Of a stretch of DNA of 44,697 nucleotides, positions 33,264-44,697 are shown piece after piece. Source of the DNA: Cladosporium halotolerans. Its lineage: Eukaryota. The position numbers were made by a program, and so were the translations under genes. The notes beneath the pieces are model-generated. The model was not told the origin of the DNA. It searched no databases and saw only the letters and a list, made by a program, of their open reading frames with translations. The stretch spans positions 1-44,697 of the forward strand of contig NW_027191518.1 in the NCBI RefSeq assembly GCF_011745625.1, read 5' to 3'. Numbering within the stretch: the stretch's first letter is position 1; every line of letters begins with the position of its first letter.

Positions 33264-33294
33264 CATGGAGATTGTGAATTTCACAATCTCCATG
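33264..33294. repeat. Perfect palindrome with 15-bp arms and a 1-nt spacer
   Basis: CATGGAGATTGTGAA-T-TTCACAATCTCCATG. Confidence 0.95.
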
Positions 33295-36049
33295 GTATGG
33301 ACACTATTGGACAGGGTGTCCAATAAGAAGATATCGCTAATGGACAAGCACAGGGTGGGCCAAAGGCTTATTGGACACTATACAACAAAACCATATGCTC
33401 GTTGAAAATCAGCTCTCAAAGGCTACTACTTCCGGGGTATTATTTGGGGCAATCGCTCCAAATTATGGAGATGGCTGCGTTTCGGGTGAGAAGAGTGCCT
33501 GAGGCCCCCTCCACAGCTTCGTGACTTCTGATTGGCTCGATCTCCACGTGCGACTCGAAGTCTGATCGTCGCGCATGGCGTTCAAGTCGCGTCTGGCTTC
33601 GCGTGTCTGGGGGGCATACTCAATCACAACGTGCCAGCGCCAAGGTTACCGTGATGCCCGATTACGAAGTGCTGAGCGACGGAGCAAGTGGTGTGAGCGA
33701 TGACGACGGGAGTGAAATGGGCCAAACAATGGCTACGGCTTGCAAACCTCCTCTGTTGATCACGAGCGCCTCGTACGCGCCCGTCGAAGTCGAGTGCGAC
33801 GACAACAACACAGTGTCAGGTAAGAGGCAAGAAGCGGCGTCGTCGAACGAGGGCGGAGACGATCTGGCCTCACTCACGGAAACACCTACCGGGCGTGGAG
33901 CCCGAGAGGTGTGAAGTTGGGCGCAGATTGTGGTACTGCAAAATCTGTCCTAGGTACAGTGTGTCAAGCACAAGTGGTGCCAGGGCTCATATGGCTTCCG
34001 TCCATTCTGTTGCTGTTGCCGACGAAACACTGGGTGGTGTCAAGAAAGCCAAGTACCACGACGTTCGTCAGCTTTTGTGTCAACAAACGCAACATGAAGC
34101 TGTGGCAAGCGAGAAGCTCACTCTCCGAGCGGCGGCTGACCCGGCTTTGGTGAAAGCAGCATGGATTCGGCTACTCATACGACACGACTTGCCTCATAAC
34201 TCAGTTTGTTGGCCAGAGTTGCACACCTTTGTGCATACCCTTAACTATATGACTTCCGACACCTTACTCACCTCAAGCGCCACGGTGCGGAGCTCTATCA
34301 CGGCGACGTTCAAGCAAAAGCAGGAGCACCTCAAGAACATGTTACAAAGTGCGAAGTCGCGCATTCACATCACGACTGACACCTGGCACTCGCCGTCGTC
34401 GACGGAGCTTCAAGCAATAAACGCCCATTTCGTCGATGAGCATGGTCAGCTACGGAAGGCACTGCTGAATCTAGCCGAACTCGAGGATGGCCATAGTGGA
34501 AGAGCCGTCGCAAAGCATGTTCTCCAGGCTCTCGCCTTTTATGGGGTCAAAGGAAAAACTAGGTTTCTTGACTGCTGGCAATCACGGAGCCAACGACACA
34601 CTCTGTCGAGCTGTTGCTGAGGAACTAGACAGCTGGAACCCCGTGGACAACCGTCTCCGTTGTCTTGGTCGTATCATCAATCTCGCCGTGCAGGCATTCT
34701 TGTTTGCGAGGAACGAGGAGGCAGTCGCAGAAGCGGAGCGTCAGCCACAGCGGTGCAAAACCGACATCGATCTCGAAATAGCAGCCGGCTCAATCAAAGA
34801 AGACGGTCGAGGTTGGTCGACTATTCTGCCTCTACAGAAACTACATACTCTCACTTCGAGGTTGGACAGGAGCGACAAGCTCAAACTGCAGTTCGGGAAA
34901 TTGGCCAAGGGCCGCACCATTCACGCGGACAACGAAACTCGATGGAACAGTTGGTACTTTACTATCGATAGCGCATTGAAGCTTCAGTTCGAGATAGGTC
35001 AGTTCGTGCACGACAACTACAAGGAGCTCGGCGACCTCGATGTTACCCATTCAGAGTGGCAGATTCTTCGGGATACACTGTCATTTCTCCAGCCGTTCAA
35101 AGAAGCGACCAAGCGCTGTGAAGGCGACAGCACAACGCTGGATGCTCTGCACGAGACGATGGATTTCCTGATAAATCATTTCGACGAGCAGATGGATCTT
35201 CACCGCTCAAACAAGCCCTTTGTCGAGTGTATCATGGTTGGCCGGTACACCTTGGACAAGTACTACAGAGACGGGAGCATACGCGGCCGCGATACTACTA
35301 CATCCCAACAAAAGAAAAGCATATCTGCAAGCTGTATGGAAGCGTGGTTGGGTCAAGCCGGGCCTGCGCCGTGCTGAAGACCTATGGTCGAGGCAATACG
35401 GACATGCGAAGGTTGATCAGGCCGCATCTCCGCCTTGCGGTGTTGAGAGGGACGGTGACGCTAGCGAGTTGACCTCATACGAAAAGTGGCAACAACGGCG
35501 TTGGCGAAAATCGCTGAGACTAGCAACCATAGCTCCGAGTTCACGCGCTTCGTCGAAGCGCCAGCAGAAACGCTCCGCTTCCACGACGGCTTTACTGTCT
35601 TACACTGGTGGCAAGAACCAAGCCAGCAACGCACCTATCCACGACTCAGCCGCATGGCTCTTGACATCCTGTCTGCACCCGCAATGAGTGCTGAAGCTGA
35701 GCGAGTTTTCAGTCTTGCAAGGAGACAGATACCGTTCGATCGAGAACGTCTGAAAGCCGACATCATTAGCCAGACGGAATGTTTCAAGAGCTGGCACATT
35801 CAGCATCTAATAGACGAGACAATGATAATTGAGTAGCCTTCAGACCAGGTCGAAGCGTCATTTTGTAGCTGTATCCGAATCGTATGCCAGACTCTGTGGC
35901 CCACTATCTCTTTGGTGCACACAACTATCTCTTAGCGGTGCCAAGACTTTTTGCTGCATACCGCTTAAGAGACTTTTCCTTATTGGACATACATGTTCTT
36001 AATAGACAAGCACAGGGTAGACCCTCGTTATTGGACAAGGACACCATTG
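33291..36049 (+). mobile_element. hAT transposon 2, near full length, transposase frameshifted (about 33654-35836)
   Basis: BED finger WYCKIC..AHM..H; TTDTWHS; RLRCLGRIINL; NETRWNS; dimerisation domain WW..YPRLSRMALDILSAPAMSAEAERVFS. TTATTGGACA and GACAAGCACAGGGT repeats at both ends. Exact termini uncertain. Confidence 0.88.
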
Positions 36050-36365
36050 AGAAGCTTGCGGTCAAGGTTGACAACGCATGCAGGACAGCGGTGCTGGACG
36101 AGAATGGTGAACTGCGAGCTGGTACGACGGAGATGATGGAGAAAAAGAACGAAGTGAAGATTGGCATACTGTCAGAATCTAGTCAAAAGAACTCTCCAAA
36201 GGCGTACGGATCGATGGTCGTATATGTGACGAAGCGGCCCGACGCAGCGAGGCTCTTGGAAGGCAAGTACTTCGACGTGGACGAAGAATCTGCTTTCGCC
36301 CGAGTGCTTGAGCCTAGACGTGCCTAAGAAGTGTTTCAGGTGTCTGGAGCTCGGTCATATGGCCC
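36050..36365 (+). mobile_element. LINE ORF1 internal fragment, probable continuation of 32760-33263
   Basis: VKVDNACRTAVLDENG..KAYGSMVVYVT..AARLL..CFRCLELGH, comparable to the ORF1 of copy D (KANGSMVLWL). Confidence 0.75.
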
Positions 36366-38148
36366 TGGGTTTCTTTCACTCTTGTCTTTGCAGCCCTCTT
36401 TTCTTCTGCCGCCTTCTTCCGGGCCGCGGATGCCCTCGCTCTTTCTGCACGCTTTTCCCGAACCTCCTCTTCCTTCCGAGCTTTCGCGCGGGCTCTCCCA
36501 CGAGCTCTGGGCTCTCTTTCTCGCGATGGCTGCTCCTTCTCGCGTGCTCTACCCTCCTGGATGTCTCGAGCCTTCTGGACTCAGTCGGGCTCAGGATGAG
36601 CGCGCCTGAGCCTTCGGAGGCGTCTCAGATCTTTGACAACCTTCTTCTGTCTTTTCCTCCTCTTCTTTTCATGCCTAAGGGCGGCATCAAGCTGCTTGGT
36701 ACGCAGTTCAGAGAGCGTCAGTCTAGCAGAAAGACCGAGGGCGGTGTCGCCGAGCTTTCGAAGCGTATTTTGCGTTTTCTTGTCACTTCTGGCCGCGGTA
36801 GCGTTCAGAACAGTCCTGAGCTTCTTCGGCTTCGAAGGGGAGCTGAAAACGCTACCTGCACTATCGCTAGATGGCCCCTCAGCTCGTTGAGACGGTCGCG
36901 ATTCGTCTCCTGCTTTAGAGAACACGTCGAGAAGGGATTGAAGGGCATGAGACCCGTCTTTTACCACGCGGAGAAGATGTCCTTCTTCGTGAAAGCGCTC
37001 TCGAAGGCTGGCCAAAAGAGCGAAAAGAAATCTCGCTTGCTGATCGATGTGCGCCCCTCCGACTGTCTAACGAGGTCGTCGAGTGCTTGGCTGTAATAAT
37101 GAGCCAAGGGTGCAAACACGCTCACATCCAGAGGCTGCAATCTATGCGTTGAGTGAGGTGGAAATACGACAACCAAAATTCTGTGGTTCTCACACCAGTT
37201 CAGAAACTTCATGTTGAGATGGGAGCCGTGACCGCCAACAACAAGGAGCCGCCAGGACCTCTTCGCTTTGGCAGCAGTCTCCTTCTCGAATAGTCCAGTC
37301 AACCAGTTGTAACCAAGCTCGTCGCTTGTCCATCCGTTCTGTGATGATGTAAAGTAGCAAGCTTGCACGGAAAGCTCGAATCCATCGAGCCAAGTGTCTT
37401 GCACACTGCCGGAAACGGCTTTGTAGATCAGAGTTGGCGGTAATCTTGTGCCATCTGCACATATAGTCGCAACGAGCGTGATCCACTCACGGCCCCCATC
37501 TTGGCCAGCCCCTACCAGTTTGCCATGCTTTTACGAGTCTTTCGCGAAGACCCTCTGGGTCTTTTGAAGCCTACCGAGGAGAAAGCCTTTCTCGTCCATG
37601 TTGTACATATTCTCGGCAGTATGTAGCATTCATCTACTTTCTCGCCTAGACTTACGAAGTATTGCTTATAGCTAGCCCATGAATCAGCCTTATGACGTGA
37701 CAGGTCGATGGCGCTGAGGAATCTGGCGTCAAGCTGGTCCTTGTGCCTGGCGACGAAACGAGACGACCAGTTCTTTGAAGGCTTCCTGCCACATAGTTCC
37801 GAGGCAATATTCGCGACAATTCTGGGGGTTGGTGGGAAGCATCGCTCGCAGAGCTTCTTGATGTGCTTTACGAGCTCTTTCTCTTGTGCGTTGTTCAGTA
37901 ACCTTTTAGATTCGTGATGTTGGGCCAAATCTGTGGTCATCAGGCGGAAGCGCCTGCTGAGCGTTGATCTGTTTACACCTTAAATTCTTGCTACCATAGA
38001 TATATTTGGCGATTCGCATAAACTCAGTTCCGCAAGCGCCGCGTCCATGGCAGCAAAGTTCGTGGAGATATCGCATGGTAAAGAGAGCGTGTCATGACCG
38101 CGTCGCGCGTGCATGCAGTGTGTCTGTGCACGCAGTGGGGAAAGCTTC
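36366..38148 (-). mobile_element. pogo/Fot1-like transposon 2, degenerate and 3'-truncated
   Basis: Terminus TA-GAAGCTTTCCCCAC at 38150-38135, ATG at 38048. LLNNAQEKELVKHI..KNWSSRFV; YNMDEKGF; NGWTSDE..LLVVGGHGSH..LQPLDV. Confidence 0.88.
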
Positions 38149-38354
38149 TACACCATGGGGCTTGTCCGCGGGTCCCAAGGTCGCATGTGAGCGAGGGTTA
38201 CACAAATTGCTTGCTGCGTTCGAAAACATTTGGGATTCGCGAAGCAAGAGAGCGCCGTGGTGGAAAGATCACGCCGTTCGAGCAATATATACGCTGACAC
38301 TCGTCGCTTTTACAGCCGTTGCTTCACGCCATCGTCTTCCTAGTCCAGCTCATC

Positions 38355-39233
38355 ATGGTCTCCTTACTTGTGCGCAAATTCAACGCCCACTATGCCGCCC
38401 GACCACTCCTCACTACCATGATTACGAACGCCGTATGATACATCGCGATAAGCGTTAAGAGTGTCTCGACATCCGCTAACACATGCGTAAGGTCCTCGGT
38501 GGCATCGCAGACACGGTCGCACAGACCCTCACAGCTACTCGCATGAAGCAAGCCCGCCGCGACTCGGTCGGCTGTCAACATCACGAAGGCGGCAAGGACG
38601 ACTTCTTCAACGTCGAGATCCATGATTTAGAAGGCAAGGGGCCGTGGCCGGAACCGGATTACCTGTCACACAAGGCACAGAAGCTGCTGCCTCCGCCGTT
38701 CGACTTTGAGAGGATGGTCAGGTTTATGGCATTCCCGTGTATTATGGCACCCTTGCAGCTCAGGTGGTTTGCGTTCCTAAACAATGCGTTCCCCGTCGGC
38801 GTGGCGGGCGCGAGCAGTACTGCTGCGGCTATGAAGCGCGTGGCCTTTGATCAGCTGATCTTTGCGCCTGGTGGTACGTGCCAAATCCGATGATTCTGTT
38901 GCGTGAGCAAAGTATTAACAAGTGCACAGGTCTCGCATGCTTCTTCACATTCATGACAGTCTGCGAAGGCGGTGGCAAGCGCGCCGTCACCCGCAAGTTC
39001 CAGGACGTATACGTACCAACGCTCAAGGCGAACTTCCTTATCTGGCCCGCGGTCCAAATGCTGAACTTCCGCGTTATGCCGATCCAATTCCAGATTGTAC
39101 GTACTCGAAGGTGATATCAAAAGCGAAGCCGACAAGCTAACATACGCACCAGCCCTTCGTATCAGCCATCGGTATCGCCTGGACAGCCTACCTCTCCCTC
39201 ACCAACTCGGCCGAGGAAGTCGCAACGCCTTAG
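38355..39233 (+). CDS. Mpv17/PMP22 (Sym1-like) membrane protein, 4 exons
   Basis: KFNAHYAARPLLTTMITNA, VLGGIADTVAQ..FDFERMVRFM..KRVAFDQLIFAP, TLKANFLIWPAVQMLNFRVMPIQFQI, PFVSAIGIAWTAYLSLTNS. Three GT-AG introns. Confidence 0.92.
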
Positions 39234-39934
39234 GAAGACTTGTCGCACGACTGCCTTGCTTTCTACGAACCTTGACTTTGACTTTGACTACACCAGCACC
39301 TTCGTCTTGCATAACTTATACTTGGTGCTCCTACTTGAAAATGCAAGCTAGGAACGCAGGCACCACCTTTGTTGGTTTTGGTTTTGTTGTTTTATTGCAC
39401 AGCGTTGGAGGAGTCTTTTGTTGCATGTGACACTGCCTGAGCTGGACGAAGCGACAAGCAGTGAGCTGCGATTTGCAGCGGATTGTACTTAAAAGAACCG
39501 ACTAGATGTTATACCCTGTGATTTCTTATGGATACCTTTGGTCCTACAGTATCCTGCTTTGTCTCTAACTAATTTCCTCAACATCGCGCCGACATCTCCC
39601 TGCTAGAAGGTAGTAGTTCAAAAGGGATCTGGCATCTTTTTGCTTAATCGCACTCCTCAGCTCCCATTCCACCCCCGCCTCTGTTCTCCCCGGCATTACC
39701 AAGGGCAAGCCTGATCATTTCTTGTTGGAAATATGCCTCAGCTGTACACACTATACTGTATGTTGCAGCCTACGGCTGCCTACGAAGAATTCCTGCCGCC
39801 TAATAAGAATTACGGCAGCCTGGTGATCATCCTATATATAGTTGGCAGTCACTTCCTATAGAAAGAATAACAATGAACATCCGATCTTTAACATTTCTCG
39901 TCTCTCTTGCGCACCATTATGGTAATAGTATCGT

Positions 39935-40220
39935 GTCTGTGCACCCAATGCACGGATTCACCCGATGCGCCCCGGGTATAAACCACCCTAAACTTCAACA
40001 CCCCATAACCCCGCCAACATGAGCTCGATGGAAGATGCGCTTGCAGAGTTAGAATCGCTAGAACCTGGGAAATCATTCCGATATTCTGAAACAGCTAAGA
40101 GCCTGGTGTTGACCGCTCTACGCGAAGGCACCGAGCCGTCACAACGTCGCGCGCAGCCGATGCCTCAACGCGTCAAAAGCTCAACCCACGACAAGAGCTA
40201 GAGCTTGTACGAGACCTAGT
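39935..40220 (+). mobile_element. 5' fragment of a pogo-like transposon (HTH region)
   Basis: MEDALAELESLEPGKSFRYSETAK..GVDRST..RRH..RQKLNPRQELELVR across frameshifts. Confidence 0.7.
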
Positions 40221-40619
40221 ACACGCGTCCACGCCGCCGCAGGTGGAAACAGCTCGCAAGAGCTGGCTAAGTGTAGGGGCGATGAGGGTGGCCGCCGTCG
40301 CCGCGACCAGTTGCGGAAGTCTAGGGACAGGAGCGTCATACTCCGCCTCGCAACTGCTCCATCACCTACTCCCTTCGTCAGGAGGTGGAACCACCCATCA
40401 AGAATGAATTCAGAGGATACTGGGATACGAAAACAACCCGACATGCTCCTAACTTTACCCTGCAGTCGCGCGCAGAGCCCGCACTGTAGCGTTCTACTCG
40501 CTGCAGGAATGTGGAAGCCCTAGGAACGTGACAGGGCAGCTCCGGGCCTGAACTACTCTGGAAACACGTCGGATCGGTGAGAAAGACGTGTCGAGGGGAA
40601 CTGCAGATCAATTTCTAGG

Positions 40620-40730
40620 GACCTTGTTAAGGCTAACTGCGCGTAGGGATACAGACCTTGTTAAGCCTCCCAACGCGCCACTCAGCCTCAAAGGACTGTT
40701 AAGCCCTTGCTTCGCGCCTCTGTTAAGGCC
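40620..40730. repeat. Four dispersed copies of TGTTAAG(G/C)C, probably TE subterminal repeats
   Basis: accttgttaaggct, gaccttgttaagcc, gactgttaagccc, ctctgttaaggcc. Confidence 0.55.
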
Positions 40731-41396
40731 TCCGCTATACGACTACCATGCCCTGGGGCGATTACCACGTACGGACGAGAAAGGGGAGGGGTCACAGTCC
40801 ACTATGGGGGAGAATGTCGCGGAGGTGCACACAGGCCCAGCTGTATACCGGGCGCAGGGAGTGTCACAGGCCAGCAATAGAAAGAGGTGGATACAGGCTT
40901 GGTTAGTAGAGGAAGGGTTCGTAGGCTGTCCCGCGCGGAGTCTACAGGATCACCTCTGCAAGACACGGTCGGCCTACCGTGGGGAGACCCTCGTAGGCAA
41001 CGCGAAACGGATGTCGTAAGGCATCCGCGGGGCGTAGTGCGTAATAGCCACTGCTGGCTCCGAGGACCTCACCCCTTCAATGGGCTCTGACCCTCGGTGT
41101 ACCTGGAAGCAGGCGGGATCAAATCTCGGCCGGAGAGACTACTACGTGGCTCGAGAGAATGGGTGCGCGTGTCGGTACATAAACAGACAGGACTGTTCGC
41201 TAGGACGGAATGCTGATGATATGTGCTTAAGGAGCAAACAACAAGTTTTATCTTGACTATGAGAGGTTTTGCCGGGCCTCAACTAGGAGAAGCTGGCCTT
41301 GAATATAGCCGAAAACCAGGGTGGGGCCCAGTAGACAACGGGGCACGTCGCACCTGCTTAGATATACAAGAATCTAGTAACTGTTGCTGCAACAGC

Positions 41397-43916
41397 ATGG
41401 CGGCAACGACGACGGCAGCCTTAGAAGCAGCCATCGAACGACGAGCTGAAGTAGTGCTCTTGCAAGGACCTTATGCTGGAAAGAAGCACACGATCAGCCA
41501 CCCGGGCTACCAGTTACGCTGGCCGGAGTGCGAGAAGCAAGACATACGGGTGGCTCTAACCATTCGCGTTGACATGCTCGATATGTATGTCTTTGAATAA
41601 AGGACTGACCTGATAGACCACCCCTGCGTGCAGTGTATGGACGTCTGGGAAACTCAGGGAAGGCGGAAGGTGCGCAAGACGAGGGTCACCAACATCTCCA
41701 ACAGAGCAAGAGTGGAGGGGGGCGGGCACACAATCAACGGCATCGACTTTAGGGAGTTGATCCAAGGAAGGACGATTCTGGCGGGCGACTTCAACGCTAG
41801 GAGTCCTGTGCGTAACGCACGGATGGAAGGCCGCTACGACGCTGCGTCACCGAAGGGCTCATCGAAGACCATGCGCTGATTGCGGACAATGACTTTCAAC
41901 CGACAAGATGTGCGAAAGAGCAGATCGGTCATCGACCTGACGCTGAGCACCCCGAGTGTCGGAACGCTGCGAACGTGGAAGATCGATGAAGACCTCGCCA
42001 CACCATCGGATCACACGGTGATGGCCTTCTCGCGGGATCGGCTGTACTCTCATTCAGGCGCACGTGAGGCGAGATAGATGTTAAGCTGGGATATCGATAA
42101 GCTCCCCGCAGATGAAGAGCGACTGAAGCAAGCGCAAGACCATTGGAAGGAGCTCTCTGGTAGGAGACAATCCATCTCGACTGAGCCATGTAAAGTGGAC
42201 CTCAAAGAAGAGGCAAAGTGGATACAGTACAACCTCACGTCGGTTCTCGACAGACACGCGACTCTGAAACCAATACATCCCCGATCGAAGCGGTGGTGGA
42301 CCGACGAGATCAAGCAGGAAAGGAAGAGACAGTGTGCATCTAAGCGGGCCCTCCGGTCGAAGGAACTGCCCTTCGAAGAATACCGTCAAATCAGAAATGG
42401 ATATTATTGCTGCATTCGGCGCGCAAAGAGAGAGGCGGGGATACGCTTCCTCGAAGGAGTGCTACCGACCAAAGAAGAAGCGCAAACTACAGCTGTCAGC
42501 GATCGATGCTGGAATGCCCTCCGATACACCAAGCCCCGGACAACTTCGTACACTCCCGCAATCAAGATTATCGGGGATGATGGGCAGCCAGAAGGGCTTG
42601 CGGCGTCAGCGGAGGAGAAGAAGACGTCTTCGTGAATCAAGCGTTTCCGCGCCAAGAGGAAACTGACGACGACATCTCCATTCCGGACACGAGAGCTCAA
42701 GTCGGAGCAAGAGAAGTGCAAGAAGCGCTCTTCGCACAGTCGGTCAAGAAGGCACCAGGCATTGACAAGCTCGGCTGTCGTGCGCTGAGACTGCTGTGGC
42801 TGTGGGACGACACTAGAGTGGTGGTGCTTGTCAGAGGGTGCATCACATCAGGATACCACCCACTCTGCTGGAAGGCTGCCAAGGGCATACTGCTGCGCAA
42901 GCACTACAAGCCGACATACACCGTCGCCAAAGCCTACCGCATCATCAGCCTGTTGAGTTGCTTAGGTAAGGTCGTCGAGAAAGTGGCAGCCACATGGATC
43001 GCATGCTATTGCGAAACGAGCAGGGTGACCCACCAGGGTCGGTTTGGCTGTCGTCACAGCAGGAGCACGTCTGAGGCGGTCGCAAAACTAGTGTCTCCCG
43101 TGGAAGGCGCTTGGGAGCGGAAGCCGATGGTTCTTACGCTGCTGCTGAATGTCAAGGGGGCCTTCGATCGCGTGAACAAGCAACGGCTGCTCAAGCGTAT
43201 GATTGAGGTTGGCATCGCGGGCAACATTGTCCGCTGGGTCGGCTCGTTCCTGTCTGACAGGCGGGCGAAGCTAGTCATCGACTGCAGGGCCGGGGGAACG
43301 CACGACATACAGGCGGGTCTGCCGCAAGGTTCGCCCCCGTCACCGGTGCTGCTCATCCTGTCAGTAAGCGCCATGTTTCCGTACCTCGAAGAAAGGCATC
43401 CTGATAATGAATCGTTATCTTTCGTGGACGACATGGGCTTGGTGTTAAGGTGCGGCGACTTGAACGAAGGTGCGTGAGAGCTCGAAAACGTCGCTCGACA
43501 TGCAGTCGAATGGGGAGACAACAATCAAGTCGAATTTGAGATCAGCAAGACGGAAGTCTTGGTTTTCAGCAAGCAGCGCAAAGTGCTACAAGCAAGCAGG
43601 CAGGCGACGGTCCAGATTGGAGAACAGGAGTTTTCTTTCAAACATGGAGCAACAAAGTGGCTAGGCTCCTGGCTAGACTCGAAACTGTCCTTCAAGACAC
43701 ACTTCGAGAAAAGACTAGCTAGCGCCAAAGGAGCTCTACAGAGAGCCAAGGGTCTCGGCGGCAGTCGCGGTGGCTTGCCTATGCGTCTGATGCGACGGGT
43801 CGTTGTAGCGGCCGTGAACTCGGTCGCGCTTTATGAAGCTGAGGTGTGGTGGAGAGGACAGCAAGATCGCGCCAAGCGTCTGCAGCAACTGCTGCTGAAC
43901 AGTCAAGCGAGGATCG
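41397..43916 (+). mobile_element. LINE copy E, ORF2 (APE plus RT), degenerate and 3'-truncated; decayed ORF1-like sequence probably lies upstream from about 40220
   Basis: VVLLQGP, AGDFNA, SVIDLTL, SDH; RT KKAPGID, AYRIISLL, NVKGAFD, GLPQGSP, SFVDD, KWLG.WLDSKL. Confidence 0.9.
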
Positions 43917-44152
43917 TCAAGCTGTTCAGCTTATGACATGCTTAGCCTTTTTCTAAGACGACTTCTCTTGCTTCCATCTATGTTCTCGCGTTGGATCCTT
44001 TACCGTACAATCCTGCTCGCTGCCCCGAATTCGACAAGCCGCCACAGCTTTTGGGCTCTCGGCCCTCCTACGTTTCTGTCATCACTGCGCCTCATCCCTC
44101 ACCTCATTCATGGTCATACTCCAGTGGCATCTCATTGTCACCCCAATCAAGT
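43917..44152 (-). mobile_element. Inverted 3' UTR of LINE family C
   Basis: Reverse complement aligns with 17930-18150, ending in CATAAGCT(G/C)AACAGCTT. Confidence 0.8.
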
Positions 44153-44431
44153 CAGGCTGTTCATCGGACAGACAGACAGGGTTTCAGAGAATGTCTGGTC
44201 TGCTTACCTAAGAACCGGCGTCTTGTCTGTCTGTCTGAGAAATGGCGATGATTTGTCTGTCTGTCTGCGTAGTATGCCAAGACATCTTTCCGAATATGTC
44301 CCGTAAGTGCAATCAACCCTCCACGCAGAGAGGCGAAGAACTTGTGTGGTCGTCAGCAAATCCTGATTCCCGCCAGGGTCGTTTCCCCCATTGGGTGGTC
44401 AGTCTGTCGTGCATCTGCAAGCCTGAACAGC
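44153..44431. mobile_element. MITE-like element related to 6767-7082
   Basis: Starts CAGGCTGTTCATCGGACAGAC, has GTCT/AGAC repeats, and a partial right end TGAACAGC. Confidence 0.55.
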
Positions 44432-44437
44432 GGGCGT

Positions 44438-44509
44438 GCCGGACGAGAGCGCACACCTTCACGTGATGTCTGGTGTGAGTAGCTGCTATGCAGTGAAACC
44501 AAGTGCGCT
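44438..44509 (+). ncRNA. HDV-like ribozyme (class II, E-loop P4) with the catalytic C retained
   Basis: P1 GCCGGAC/GUCUGGU; P2 AGCGCAC/GUGCGCU; P3 ACC/GAU (one mismatch); L3 UUCACGU; P4 AGUA-G-CUGC UAU GCAG-U-GAA; J4/2 A-C-CAA. Confidence 0.85.
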
Positions 44510-44510
44510 A

Positions 44511-44697
44511 GAAGCTTTCCCCACCTCAAGCACGTCCACACCTCAGGCACGCTTGACGCGGCACCAACGCGTCCTCTTCTCTACGTGATTTCTCAACAAC
44601 CGCAACTCAATGGACATAGCGCTTGCAGAATTAGGGTCTTCTGATGGTCTGAAGATATCTGACGTCGCAAGAAAACACGGGCTTACCAGATCCGCGC
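44511..44697 (+). mobile_element. Left end of a pogo-like transposon related to 36366-38148, running off the window
   Basis: TA-GAAGCTTTCCCCAC is identical to the pogo 2 terminus. ATG at 44610, MDIALAEL..DVARKHGLTRS. Confidence 0.8.

Noticed and set aside
36308..37096. 262-aa plus-strand ORF and other long antisense ORFs over transposons
   Set aside because: Shadow frames opposite transposase or RT coding sequence.
44068..44090. Minimal hammerhead-like GUGAUGA-CA-GAAAC on the minus strand
   Set aside because: Lacks the CUGA core and is not conserved in the other two family C copies.
30693..44509. Long terminal inverted repeats of a 13.8-kb giant element
   Set aside because: The strong similarity matches the ribozyme fold, and no target duplication is seen; better explained as two ribozyme copies.

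Overview
Transposon-dense fungal genomic DNA (Pezizomycotina, probably Dothideomycete-like; inferred from short GT-AG introns with CTRAC branch points and from the gene families present), possibly subtelomeric or accessory. Host genes: a 3'-truncated DUF3505/telomere-linked-helicase-type ORF, a Grg1/ccg-1-like small stress protein, a Zn2Cys6 transcription factor, a MYND-finger protein, a hybrid PAS-HisKA-HATPase-REC histidine kinase, an Mpv17/PMP22 gene, and two pseudogenes (VOC/glyoxalase, RfeC-like C2H2 factor). The rest is nested, decayed mobile DNA: several Tad1-type LINEs, four pogo/Fot1 copies or fragments, two hAT elements and MITE-like pieces. The main result not visible in the ORF track is four HDV-like self-cleaving ribozyme folds in two structural classes. 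Class I (21667-21746 minus, 29770-29850 plus) has an unusual GU/AC P1.1 pairing and a compensatory change in P2. Class II (30693-30765 minus, 44438-44509 plus) has an AGUA/GAA E-loop in P4. They appear to define the 5' ends of LINE-like elements. A second, covariation-supported structured RNA lies in a LINE 3' UTR (three copies), and a third conserved hairpin encloses the ORF1 start codon of another LINE family (two copies). All folds were derived by hand; no database searches were run.
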